Source of the DNA: a virus
Reading direction: 5' to 3' (one strand)
Length of the DNA: 64,000 bases
IMG/VR virus record: IMGVR_UViG_3300027836_000007
Span: 1 to 64,000 of that record
Position 1 is the stretch's first letter; every line of letters starts with the position of its first letter. Under the pieces are notes generated by a model. That model was given only the letters and a program-made list of their open reading frames with translations. It was not told where the DNA came from and did no database searches. This document shows, piece after piece, positions 26,190 to 35,909 of the stretch. Both the position numbers and the translations under genes were made by a program.

Positions 26190-26808
26190 CTTTTGGTCTC
26201 AGTATAGCATCGAATGCCATGACAGTCCTGTGTCCAATACCTTGCCACGGATAAACAGTGTGCGGTAAATGGCTTGGAAATACTATAATTGTTCCAGGTG
26301 CCGGGTCATATTTCCACGTATCGTTCATAATAAATTTAGTAACATCTTTTGTTTGCGGTAATCTAAATAAAATTTGGCTATCACTAGGATTGCGGATGTC
26401 GCTTAACTCAGGTGCGCTAATGTAAATGTTGCCGCTTAAATTACCGCCTGGGTGAGTATGCATCTCTTGATAATCTCCCGAGTGTTGTCTTATAGTCCAA
26501 ATACTAGTTACTATAGGTTTACAATACTTTAATTCCTCAGTGCCGGATTGCTGAGATATCAATTCCATATATCCAATACAGATGTTTTCAAGCCAACTGA
26601 CTAACCAAGCAACATCCATGCCTATTGCGTTTGGATATACTTGTATTTGTTGGCCGCCTCTGATACTAATAGCTGGATTATTGGCATCATTTAGTTCTGG
26701 TCTGTTGTGTAATGTCTCGGCCAAACTGTAAATTTTACTAAATTCTACAGGTGGAACATTATCGATAGCTAGTACCGTAGGTTGGAAATATGCAACTTTT
26801 AACGCCAT
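26182..26808 (-). CDS. Putative 2OG-Fe(II) oxygenase (TIGR02466-like)
   Basis: HTH...SGNIY...FPSHLPHTVYP...R; start reassigned to 26808. Confidence 0.75.
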   Translation of the reverse strand: MALKVAYFQPTVLAIDNVPPVEFSKIYSLAETLHNRPELNDANNPAISIRGGQQIQVYPNAIGMDVAWLVSWLENICIGYMELISQQSGTEELKYCKPIVTSIWTIRQHSGDYQEMHTHPGGNLSGNIYISAPELSDIRNPSDSQILFRLPQTKDVTKFIMNDTWKYDPAPGTIIVFPSHLPHTVYPWQGIGHRTVMAFDAILRPKDE

Positions 26809-27098
26809 TATACTTTGTCCTTGCTTAGTCTGTATATCATTATAACACGATCCAAGGCCTTTTGTAAAGCAGGATGGGTAGGAGCCATTCTCCGAATTTC
26901 GCCCCACATTTTACTCTCCATTAAATGGTCATGTAATGGTCTACCATCGCCTGTCCTAGGATCAAATCTTGGATCTTCTGGACGATAATCCCAGCCGTGG
27001 ACTTGTCTAGTACTTGGATCTGCTCCAAATTCTCTAGCATATACTACGCCGTTATCTCGTTCGTATATATATTTTGCGCCTTCTTTAAGTGTTCCCAT
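26808..27098 (-). CDS. Hypothetical protein
   Basis: YIYERDNGVVYARE; coupled to next gene. Confidence 0.7.
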   Translation of the reverse strand: MGTLKEGAKYIYERDNGVVYAREFGADPSTRQVHGWDYRPEDPRFDPRTGDGRPLHDHLMESKMWGEIRRMAPTHPALQKALDRVIMIYRLSKDKV

Positions 27099-27233
27099 GA
27101 TATATTATTCCATATTCTTTATACAGCCACTTGACAAATTCTTCAAGTGTTTCTATTTTATCATCTTCAAATATTTCGTTTTTGACATACGTATCCATTC
27201 CGATTTTTAATCTTTCTAAAAAATCTTTGTCGG

Positions 27234-27740
27234 TCATAATATTTTATCCAATTGAATTATTTCGCTTTGTCTGCTGATTTCTTTAACAAAGTAAGCGCAA
27301 TCTGGTTTTTCTTGGAATCTAGTTGGTACTGCTAGTAGCTGGCCATTTTTCATCTTTGGGAAATACCATTTCACATCATTATAAAAATTTACAATTTCTA
27401 TCTTTTTAAATTCAACTCTAAAGCTACTTAGCGGGTTAAAAATTAATGCTTCGAATCCCCTATCGTTTAAACTAGTCAACGGCAATATTTCTATATCAGT
27501 AGCACAACTGCTATCTCCAACTGCTATTGACCAATCTATGGGCATAGTAACTTCGTCATTACCTATTCTAAGTACCATTGCTGGACTATTAAAACTTTCC
27601 AGAAATATTAACGGCATAAAAAAGAAATCTGGTTCTTTTGGATCTGAGTTATCCAGGACAGCAAATCTAGTACTATCGTCTACCTCGTCGGGTAAATTGT
27701 TTAATGAAAACGTCTTGTTATCTAATGTTAATATTTGCAT
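27234..27740 (-). CDS. Conserved phage hypothetical protein
   Basis: AAGGA RBS; 168-aa ORF after UvsW. Confidence 0.7.
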   Translation of the reverse strand: MQILTLDNKTFSLNNLPDEVDDSTRFAVLDNSDPKEPDFFFMPLIFLESFNSPAMVLRIGNDEVTMPIDWSIAVGDSSCATDIEILPLTSLNDRGFEALIFNPLSSFRVEFKKIEIVNFYNDVKWYFPKMKNGQLLAVPTRFQEKPDCAYFVKEISRQSEIIQLDKIL

Positions 27741-27746
27741 AATTCC

Positions 27747-29213
27747 TTATTTGTGCCAATCTATCTTTTCAATAGTGAACGGATACTTGGCATCCTTATA
27801 AAATTTCTTTCTTTCTGTAAGGTGCCGCTTGGCGTACTTACATGTGGAGGTGATGTCCCAGATTTGTACAAAGTCTTTGTCTTCGGCTTTTCGAATACCA
27901 CGACCAATTGATTGTATAACCCTCGTAAAGCTCTTTCCGGACTCCAGAAGAACCAGATTAAAAATCCTAGGGATATTAATACCCACAGCGGCCACACCAT
28001 AAGTCGCCACAATAATCTTGTTAGTGCTCGTTTTAATTTCGTCATATTCTTCTTTTCTATCTTTAGTCTTTACTTCGCCTGATATGAAAACGCTATCTTC
28101 GATTTCATTAATTAAAAATTTGCCTGAGTCAATTCTATTAACTAGAACTAATGTATTGCCTGTTTCTGATATTTTTTTAACTAGCTTACTAATATAAATC
28201 ATTCTATCTTCATCTGTAACAAGATATTTTAATTCATCGCTATAAGCCTTAAATTCTGGTAAATCAATCAACTGTACTACATTAACGTGACACGAACTTA
28301 GCACACCAATTTCTTGTAACTCGTGTGCTTTAATTCCGCCGACCACTGGCCCGATGCTGGCAAAGATTTGTTCGTATTCGAATTTTTCTTTAGGTACAGT
28401 ACCAGTTAATCCCCATCTAATTGGAGCATTACATAAGTTTTGTGTAAGTAAATTCTTCAATACTTCTGCTTTTGCCATATGTACTTCATCGACAATTACT
28501 GTTTTAACCCCGTCAAGAAATTCAGCAAGTGTAAGAATATCTTGTTCGTGATTTTTACTTTTCTTATCTAATATGTTCAACGACTGCCAAGTACATATGG
28601 TATGTGTCTTGTGTAAATCTTTGCGATCACCATAATAAACACCTACGTCTAATCCTACGTTAATAAAATCTTCTTCAGTTTGTTCTACTAAACTTTTGTT
28701 CGGCACAATAACAATACTTCGGCCATATTTTTCAGAAAGATGACTTAATGTCGCAGTTGTAATTGTTTTGCCAGCACCTGTGGCAATCTCTTGTAAGCTC
28801 TGCGTATTGAGTAAAAATGTGTTAACCGCATCAACTTGATAATCACGCAACATAATAGGCTGGCCTACTTGCTGATGTCCTTTAGGCCATACTTTGCCTA
28901 AGTCAGCCCAGTAAGTTTCTGTCACAGGTGTAAAGTTAATCTTTGGCGTAACTCGTAAGTCTTCTACTTCTTCTATATCAATGTTTAGTTTAGCCAGTAT
29001 GCTTAAAATTTGTTCTAGCTGGCTCAAATATCCATTGCCGCCGAGTCCAAATAAACTTACCATTCCATCCCAACGGCCTAATTTAAAAGCTGGATGATAT
29101 CGTGCGTAAGGTATTTCGTACTTAAAGGCGTTAGTTAACTTTTTACGGGCATCTAACGCTAACCCTTCAAGTTTAATGTTAACCTCGTCTCGAATGACTA
29201 GTTTTACTCCCAT
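27747..29213 (-). CDS. uvsW: UvsW-like SF2 helicase
   Basis: LRDYQ, ATGAGKT, DEVH, TGT, QSIGRGIR. Confidence 0.88.
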   Translation of the reverse strand: MGVKLVIRDEVNIKLEGLALDARKKLTNAFKYEIPYARYHPAFKLGRWDGMVSLFGLGGNGYLSQLEQILSILAKLNIDIEEVEDLRVTPKINFTPVTETYWADLGKVWPKGHQQVGQPIMLRDYQVDAVNTFLLNTQSLQEIATGAGKTITTATLSHLSEKYGRSIVIVPNKSLVEQTEEDFINVGLDVGVYYGDRKDLHKTHTICTWQSLNILDKKSKNHEQDILTLAEFLDGVKTVIVDEVHMAKAEVLKNLLTQNLCNAPIRWGLTGTVPKEKFEYEQIFASIGPVVGGIKAHELQEIGVLSSCHVNVVQLIDLPEFKAYSDELKYLVTDEDRMIYISKLVKKISETGNTLVLVNRIDSGKFLINEIEDSVFISGEVKTKDRKEEYDEIKTSTNKIIVATYGVAAVGINIPRIFNLVLLESGKSFTRVIQSIGRGIRKAEDKDFVQIWDITSTCKYAKRHLTERKKFYKDAKYPFTIEKIDWHK

Positions 29214-30382
29214 AATGCCCTTGTCTCAATAATTGGTTGTGTGTCTGTATAAGAAATTATAAGGTCACAATAACTTGCGTATACTGCGGTCTTTGTCTGT
29301 TTTAAACTACTGCCGATGGCAATGACACTCATTGGCTTCCAATCGCTTTTTAGGAAAAATTTCGGTATTTTTCCATTTTGTACTCCAACAACTTTTGTTG
29401 TGTTATCTAAGTTATAGTTGTATCCATTGTCTGCGATAAATTTATTAAACAGCACACCGTGTTCGGTATTTGGTAGTCTAAAATATATTCCTACCTGATC
29501 ATAAATTCTGTTATTTCGCAAACCTTCACCTAAAATTTCCAATTCTTCGGCACATTTTTTGTGGTCGTTACTGTCGAATACTACCAATGCCGGTAACCTT
29601 TGCAATTTTAGCAAACTTGCGATAACTTCGTCAAGACTTGTTTCTTTTTTATCAACCCAGATTTTACTGCCGGTTCTGTTGGCAATTTTTTCGGTCAAAT
29701 TTTCCGAGATTTTTTCAGGTTTTTTGACAAAATATTGGTACCGTATACTTCGGTCATTTATGATGTTATCATCGATGGGTGAGTCAATACCAAGGTCCGC
29801 AGTTATGTGTTTTTGAAAGTTAGCGTGTACAATGTTGGTTAGTAAAAACTGACTACGAATTTCGCTTTCTTCCCAAGATTTGATAATTTTGTAGAAATTA
29901 GTGATTTTTTCGTCGACATCAAACCCAAGTGGTTCTAACTCATTGACTAGTGTAATAATGTTCTTTTCAGTAAGGTCGGCTCGGTACTGCTTGCCGTTAG
30001 CCTGTTGAAAAAATCCAGTGATTTTCTTACTGAGACCGTTTACTGCTGTACGTATGGTCGACGAAAACGCAAATTCTACAACCAGCTGTGGTTCTTCTGC
30101 TGATAAGAATAACACCTTGGTCTTGTCAATAGTTCTAAAGGATTTAGACCAAGTTGGCACATCTAACGATATTGAAATTTCAGTTTGGGCTGATAAAAAT
30201 TTATTAGAATTATCTCGTAAAATCTTTACTAACAGTCTGCCTTGATTTTCCGTGATAAAATTTGGCATAGTAACAATCTTGGCCAGGCTCTTTAACACCT
30301 TAACATCGCGTTTTTCTAAAGTCTCTAATTCTGAAGTATTTTCAGTTAGTAATTTTATTAGAAGTTTATCTACAGTCATCAT
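29204..30382 (-). CDS. Hypothetical protein
   Basis: Long ORF; TTGACC-N17-TATAAT (30417-30389) ends 6 nt before ATG 30382. Confidence 0.7.
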   Translation of the reverse strand: MMTVDKLLIKLLTENTSELETLEKRDVKVLKSLAKIVTMPNFITENQGRLLVKILRDNSNKFLSAQTEISISLDVPTWSKSFRTIDKTKVLFLSAEEPQLVVEFAFSSTIRTAVNGLSKKITGFFQQANGKQYRADLTEKNIITLVNELEPLGFDVDEKITNFYKIIKSWEESEIRSQFLLTNIVHANFQKHITADLGIDSPIDDNIINDRSIRYQYFVKKPEKISENLTEKIANRTGSKIWVDKKETSLDEVIASLLKLQRLPALVVFDSNDHKKCAEELEILGEGLRNNRIYDQVGIYFRLPNTEHGVLFNKFIADNGYNYNLDNTTKVVGVQNGKIPKFFLKSDWKPMSVIAIGSSLKQTKTAVYASYCDLIISYTDTQPIIETRALWE

Positions 30383-30426
30383 AGTATTATTATACATAGG
30401 TTATTAGCAAAGGTCAACCTTTAGTG

Positions 30427-30460
30427 AAAAAAATAGGCCTCAATATTATTTAAGGCCTAT
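30427..30460 (-). terminator. Rho-independent terminator
   Basis: ATAGGCCT...AGGCCTAT stem plus T run on the minus strand. Confidence 0.65.
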
Positions 30461-30483
30461 GGTCTCGCTTTTGGGCGAATTGG

Positions 30484-30936
30484 TTATAGTGATGCGTCTT
30501 CCATACCAGCAACACGAAGTTTCACAATGTTAGTAATTTGCCACTGCTTCTGGTCTAATGCTTTTGTAATGCCTAACCACTTGTTGCGAAGTAAAGCAAA
30601 CTCGTTGATAATCTTTTCAAAATCGACTACATCTGCTTCACCTTCAACAAATTTTTCACAATCACGACTACTCAGGGCACGTTGATAGCTTTCTAAGTAT
30701 TTGCGAAAGTGTTGGCTCTTTAGACGGCGAAGTTCAATGTTCAAGTATTCTAAGATTGCTTCAATTTCTTGAAGTTGTCCAAATCGGTGCTCGACAATGC
30801 CAGGCATGTTAGCGGCCGTTTTCTCTAAATTACCCGAGATGCGAGCATCAATCTTTGCTTCAATTAATTCCGCATTGAAATGATCCACCGCATCTGGGAT
30901 ATAGGAAATATCTTTGGAAACCTTGTTATACCACAT
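30484..30936 (-). CDS. uvsY: UvsY-like recombination mediator
   Basis: Helical; KQWQITNIVKLRVAG C-terminus; downstream of UvsX. Confidence 0.7.
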   Translation of the reverse strand: MWYNKVSKDISYIPDAVDHFNAELIEAKIDARISGNLEKTAANMPGIVEHRFGQLQEIEAILEYLNIELRRLKSQHFRKYLESYQRALSSRDCEKFVEGEADVVDFEKIINEFALLRNKWLGITKALDQKQWQITNIVKLRVAGMEDASL

Positions 30937-31166
30937 TAGAAATCCAATTCTTTTACGTCGTCATCTGTATCTTCGTCGTCAAGATAATATTCAATAGCAG
31001 AGTCTAATATACTATCCACACCGGTTGATGCTTGCATTGTTTTATCGGAGACACCTAAGTCTGCCAATAATTCAACATAGCGTTCTGCTACCAGCTCTTG
31101 TTGTTTCTTTTCAATATAGTCAGCGAACAGTAACCAAATGTCACCGATTTGTGTTTCATTCAACAT
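30936..31166 (-). CDS. Small acidic hypothetical protein
   Basis: Coupled between UvsX and UvsY. Confidence 0.7.
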   Translation of the reverse strand: MLNETQIGDIWLLFADYIEKKQQELVAERYVELLADLGVSDKTMQASTGVDSILDSAIEYYLDDEDTDDDVKELDF

Positions 31167-32214
31167 TCTCGTCTATCTCCTCAGGAATGGTAGTTGTTTT
31201 TTCAGTCTTGATATGGAATTTTGCCATTATCATATCTAATTTATCATCTTTCCATTCTTTTCGGTAGAATTTGAATTCCTCACCGGTCTCTGGATCGACC
31301 CATTTAAGTCTATTACCTTCTTGTTTTAACAAGCCAGCTTTCTCGCACATATCGACCATTCCTGAATAAGGATTCATACCTGTTTCATATGGAATTTTAA
31401 TTTGTACAGTTTCAAAAGGCTTACTGTAACGAGTTTTCATAATTTTACAACTAGCACGAATACCCATAACGTCTGATACTTTATTGCCGTCCTCATCCTC
31501 TTTAAGTTTGAGTTTTTTCATAGCAACAACAATACTAGAAGCGTAAACAAACCCTTGTCCGCCACTAATCTTATCGTCTGGGTCAAACATGTCTTGTGAC
31601 GCATACGTGTGATTTGTACAAACCATACCTACGTTATAACTACCAAACATGTTAACACAGTTACGCACTAAACTTGTAAGTGCTTTAGGTTTACGGCCCA
31701 TGTCTCCCTTCATGTCACCAGCTTGAAACTGGTTAATGTCAGTAGGGGTAAGCAACATACCCAATGAGTCTATGACAAATAAGACTTTAGGACGCTCTGC
31801 CATTTCTTTGTACTCTTTCATGAATTCATGAATGGTTTTAGCCACATCATCAATCATGGCCATGTTGAGTTTAAGAAGTTTGTCTTCGCTAGTGTCTACA
31901 CCAAGTGCGTGTAGCCATTTTTCATCTAGCGCATTTTCTGTATCAATCAAGATAACATAAATGCCCTGTGCTTGTGCGTTGCGTACTAGATTACCTGAAC
32001 AGATAAATGACTTACCTGCGCCAGACTCTCCAGCAAATACAGTAACCTTACCCAAAGGAATACCTTTGTTAAAATCACCGCTGATTAGGTAGTTAAGCGT
32101 AAAGTTGCCTGTACTAACCCAATCTGTAGGATCGTTAAATCCTACACCAAGTCCGTCGATAGACTTAGTTAATGTTTTTCTAAATTTTGATAAGTCGAAT
32201 GCTTTAGTAGCCAT
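31156..32214 (-). CDS. uvsX: UvsX/RecA-like recombinase
   Basis: GESGAGKS, DTE, VIDSLG, TNHTY, SGG, KTR; start MATKAF at 32214. Confidence 0.9.
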   Translation of the reverse strand: MATKAFDLSKFRKTLTKSIDGLGVGFNDPTDWVSTGNFTLNYLISGDFNKGIPLGKVTVFAGESGAGKSFICSGNLVRNAQAQGIYVILIDTENALDEKWLHALGVDTSEDKLLKLNMAMIDDVAKTIHEFMKEYKEMAERPKVLFVIDSLGMLLTPTDINQFQAGDMKGDMGRKPKALTSLVRNCVNMFGSYNVGMVCTNHTYASQDMFDPDDKISGGQGFVYASSIVVAMKKLKLKEDEDGNKVSDVMGIRASCKIMKTRYSKPFETVQIKIPYETGMNPYSGMVDMCEKAGLLKQEGNRLKWVDPETGEEFKFYRKEWKDDKLDMIMAKFHIKTEKTTTIPEEIDENVE

Positions 32215-32216
32215 AA

Positions 32217-32408
32217 TTATTGATCCAATGGTAATGTATTCCACTCTTTAACTAGAGCGAGTACTTCTTCTTCTGTGTTACACAGTGTCTTTGTATTAGA
32301 CCAGTCTTCTTTTTTACTTCGGCCACCGATCTCAACCATCCAACCATTGTCATAACGATTGATGGTGATGCTTTCATTCACTTTTGCTAATTTTGCTAAT
32401 TTACTCAT
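32217..32408 (-). CDS. Small hypothetical protein
   Basis: AGGAG RBS. Confidence 0.7.
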   Translation of the reverse strand: MSKLAKLAKVNESITINRYDNGWMVEIGGRSKKEDWSNTKTLCNTEEEVLALVKEWNTLPLDQ

Positions 32409-32471
32409 AGTTATTCTCCTAATGATGATAACACGGGCGTACGACTAAGTCGCAGAGGCCCAATGCCGTTT

Positions 32472-33458
32472 TTACTTCTGACGATTGCGAATCATTGCCA
32501 AGATGTCTTGGGCACGTGAGTCGCCACCTTCTGCCGCAGGTGCCGCTGTAGGAGCCGGAGCTGCCTTAGCCACTGGAGTAGGTGTGTCATCTTCATCATG
32601 TGATGCCGCTGGAGCAGGTGCGGCTTTTGGAGCAGATGCCTTTTGTGGGTCACCTGTGTTCTGGCTCATGCCAGCTGGTTTAAAATACTGTCCCCAACGT
32701 TCCATGTCGTATGGCTCGCCGTCGACTGATGCTTCAAACATTTCTTTCATAACTTTCAATTCAACTTCGCTAGGCTTCTTAGGTAAGAAGTCATTCAAGT
32801 TAAACAAGCCATGTTGTTTGATAGCCGCTTGTTCGACATCGTTTAGTGGACGTGAACGACGTGACCAAGTACTAGTAGAGTAGTCGGCGTAACCGCCCTT
32901 GCTACCTTTCTTCATACGATAGTCAATACCGTTTGTAAAGTCAGTTGGCAAGTCTTCCAACTCTGGATCAACAAGTGCCGCACGGATACTTGTAAAGATC
33001 TGTGGACCAATAATAAATCTACGAATTGGATTTTCTGGTTGCTCATCACTCTTTTCGCCTAGGCCGTCTTCTGCGACAAAACCTTGGAAAATGTAACTAC
33101 GCTTTTTCCAGTACTTACGACCCATATCTTCTAATGCTGGGTCTTTAAACCAAGCACGTACTTCTGCCAAGATTGGGCAAGCATCGCCATACATTTCTAC
33201 GCATGGTACTTGTACGATTACTGGTTTACTTTCGGATTCACCTTTGATTCCAGCGAATGGCAATTTGATCATTGCTCGTTCTACCCAGAAAAATGTGTTG
33301 TCGGTGTTTCCATCAGGGAGGAATCGCAATACGGATTCGCCGCCTTCTTTTAGGTTCCAGAATGGATAAATGGATTTGTCTCCACCTGTTCTGTTACCGT
33401 CTGATCCTTTTGATTCGGATGCCTTAAGTTTTGCTCTAATTTCTGCTAAAGTTGCCAT
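32472..33458 (-). CDS. gp32: Single-stranded DNA-binding protein (T4 gp32-like)
   Basis: LRFLP, CPIL, YWKKRSY, DPE...PTD...G.DY, YADYSTS. Confidence 0.85.
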   Translation of the reverse strand: MATLAEIRAKLKASESKGSDGNRTGGDKSIYPFWNLKEGGESVLRFLPDGNTDNTFFWVERAMIKLPFAGIKGESESKPVIVQVPCVEMYGDACPILAEVRAWFKDPALEDMGRKYWKKRSYIFQGFVAEDGLGEKSDEQPENPIRRFIIGPQIFTSIRAALVDPELEDLPTDFTNGIDYRMKKGSKGGYADYSTSTWSRRSRPLNDVEQAAIKQHGLFNLNDFLPKKPSEVELKVMKEMFEASVDGEPYDMERWGQYFKPAGMSQNTGDPQKASAPKAAPAPAASHDEDDTPTPVAKAAPAPTAAPAAEGGDSRAQDILAMIRNRQK

Positions 33459-33527
33459 AATAGTTCTCCTTTAATATGCCTTTATGTGCTTTTGTTTGCC
33501 TAATATTTGTTTATGATCTACATAAAC

Positions 33528-33560
33528 AAAAAGCGCATACATGTTATTGTATACGCTTTT
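33528..33560 (-). terminator. Terminator-like hairpin
   Basis: AAAAGCG-x-ATACA...TGTAT-x-CGCTTTT. Confidence 0.55.
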
Positions 33561-33610
33561 ATTTAGTAAAGCAAGAGAAATCTTGCTTTAAATGTGAGTA
33601 TTTTACTCGA

Positions 33611-35896
33611 TTATCTACCTGCTAGACTGATAATCCTAGCCAAACTTTGATCTTCATTATATGTAATTGGCGAGCCAATTTCTTTTAACTTGCCTTCTAA
33701 ATGGCCGATATCAAAATTTGTTCTTTCTTTTGGTGCGGATTGTTCTTGAGAAATTCCTGCCATACGTAACATGTGTTGCTGTTCGTCACCGCTTGGATCT
33801 TTCATATCTATGAACTTAATGACCTTTATTAAATCTTCTGGATTAGATTGGCCAAACTCGCCATCTTCAAATGCTTTCTTAACTTTAATTTTAATGCGTT
33901 GGCCGCCTAAAGGAAAGTTGCCTTCGTCTTTGTTATAGAATCCACTAATGAATTTTAACATTGCTGGTAAGCCCATTTCCATTGGTTGTTCAAAGCCAAC
34001 ATCCTGAGGAGTCATTCCGCATTCATCAATAATTTCGGCAATAGTCTTTACGCTATTTCCAAAATCTAATTGTGTTTCTAATGTTGCGCCAGCTTTCTTA
34101 GCCATTGCAAGAGTTTTCTTTAGGGCTTGTCCACTAGCATTAGTTACTTTGCCGCGTGGATTTTTGTTGTCTGCTTTCTTCCAATCGCCTTCGTGTTTCC
34201 AACTCTTAACATTACCGTCAGCATCTTTTTCAACTGTGTCAGATGCTTCAGCTACTGGCGCTGGCTCTACTGGTGCCTCAGGAGCAGGTTCTGCCGGAGC
34301 AGCCGTTGGCTCTACTGGTGCCTCAGGAGCAGGTTCTGCCGGTGCTTCTGGAGCAGGCTCAATTGTAGTTTCATCACCATCAGGGAATTGTAATTCGCCC
34401 ATTAAATCTTCGTGATTAGTTTCGATCCAGCCTTTAATTAAATCGTTTAGGTCAGTCTCAGCAGGAGCTTCTCTTACTAAATCGATAAATTCAGGATCGT
34501 CAATCAATCCCTTAATGGAATTAATACCGTTGTCACCGTTAGGGCCAACTTGAGTGTTTAGTGCTAGCAGTTCATTTAACTTATCGATAGCAACTTTTCT
34601 TGCTTCTGGATTAGGACTTAGAATTTCATTTTTGTCTTCACGCACAATGTCGTTTAAGAATGATTCATACTGATCTTCTACAGACTCTTTCTTAAAATGA
34701 TGTTTCTTTGGTCCATCACTTGCGTAGCGATCGGCACCTGGATGATCGTCATGATCGTCTGTGTTATCAAACGAATCAGGATAACGTTTTTCATGCTTGG
34801 TGCCAGTAGCAGTCTTAGTAACCTTGCCGCCCTTATGTGTAGTGCCTTCTTCTTTATCACCATCAAATACTTCACCTAGTAAATCATCAGCACCTAATTC
34901 TAATATTGGTAACTCTGACTCGTCGACAAATTTATAAATGTAAGGAAATACTGCTTTTAATTCTTCGTTAAATGTACGTATAGTTAATCTATCAATTAAA
35001 TCATTTTGAATTTCTTCAGGAATCATTTGTTCTTCTTGTTCTTCAAATGCTTCTACAAATGACTCATAGTATGCTGGACGTTGTAACTTATGAATTGTTT
35101 CTTTAATTTGGTCGATGCGTTCTAGTACGCGATCAGTTACGCTACCCATTGCTTCGCTAACTTGTTCTTGGCGGCTGACAAATCCTTTAAATTTACGTAG
35201 GCTAGATAATTCTTCACTTAGTTTACTAATGTGTTTACCAATAGCATCGTAAGGTGTTCCGCCGTGTTTAATGTGTTCTGCTAATGCACGAGCACCGTTA
35301 AGGTGACGTGAACCATATTTAAAACGCTCGCCTTGAGCATTTTCAATGTAAATGCTTTCGATGTGCATTGTACGGCCTGCGGCTAACTCTAAGTTAATAG
35401 GTTGACTGTGCTTGACTACTAGTCTTGTATTTTCGCCTAAATCTTGATAGCTCATACGGGCATTGCCGTACATTTTGTTTTCCATTATAGCTGGCATAGC
35501 TTGTTGTTCCTTACGTTTCGCTTGAAACTCGTAGTCTCGTTTATCTAAGTTACTCTTACCGATGTTTTGTACATCAAAATTTAATAATCTATCTTTAGCA
35601 AATTGTCTAAAACCACGAATAAACTTAAAAGCGCCATGTCGAGTAGTATTTTCTTTGTCGTCAACTAAGTCGCCACTTACTTGTAGCACTACACCATCTT
35701 GAGCATCTAATGTAATAGCAATAGTTCCTAACGGTTCGCCGTCTTCTGTGTATTCGAACTCAAAGAAGCGAGCCTTAGGAATGTCTTCCTTTTTACTCAA
35801 TACCTCAGCATTTTCATCACCCATTTGGATGTCAGAAAAGCGGGTTTGTATCTTGCCATATAAATCTTTGGCGATTTTATCTAAATTTGCATTCAT
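33611..35896 (-). CDS. Large acidic hypothetical protein (late; possibly head-associated)
   Basis: Start reassigned to 35896, TAAATA 4 nt upstream; PAEPAPEAP repeats. Confidence 0.7.
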   Translation of the reverse strand: MNANLDKIAKDLYGKIQTRFSDIQMGDENAEVLSKKEDIPKARFFEFEYTEDGEPLGTIAITLDAQDGVVLQVSGDLVDDKENTTRHGAFKFIRGFRQFAKDRLLNFDVQNIGKSNLDKRDYEFQAKRKEQQAMPAIMENKMYGNARMSYQDLGENTRLVVKHSQPINLELAAGRTMHIESIYIENAQGERFKYGSRHLNGARALAEHIKHGGTPYDAIGKHISKLSEELSSLRKFKGFVSRQEQVSEAMGSVTDRVLERIDQIKETIHKLQRPAYYESFVEAFEEQEEQMIPEEIQNDLIDRLTIRTFNEELKAVFPYIYKFVDESELPILELGADDLLGEVFDGDKEEGTTHKGGKVTKTATGTKHEKRYPDSFDNTDDHDDHPGADRYASDGPKKHHFKKESVEDQYESFLNDIVREDKNEILSPNPEARKVAIDKLNELLALNTQVGPNGDNGINSIKGLIDDPEFIDLVREAPAETDLNDLIKGWIETNHEDLMGELQFPDGDETTIEPAPEAPAEPAPEAPVEPTAAPAEPAPEAPVEPAPVAEASDTVEKDADGNVKSWKHEGDWKKADNKNPRGKVTNASGQALKKTLAMAKKAGATLETQLDFGNSVKTIAEIIDECGMTPQDVGFEQPMEMGLPAMLKFISGFYNKDEGNFPLGGQRIKIKVKKAFEDGEFGQSNPEDLIKVIKFIDMKDPSGDEQQHMLRMAGISQEQSAPKERTNFDIGHLEGKLKEIGSPITYNEDQSLARIISLAGR

Positions 35897-35909
35897 GTTG
35901 TATTTATCA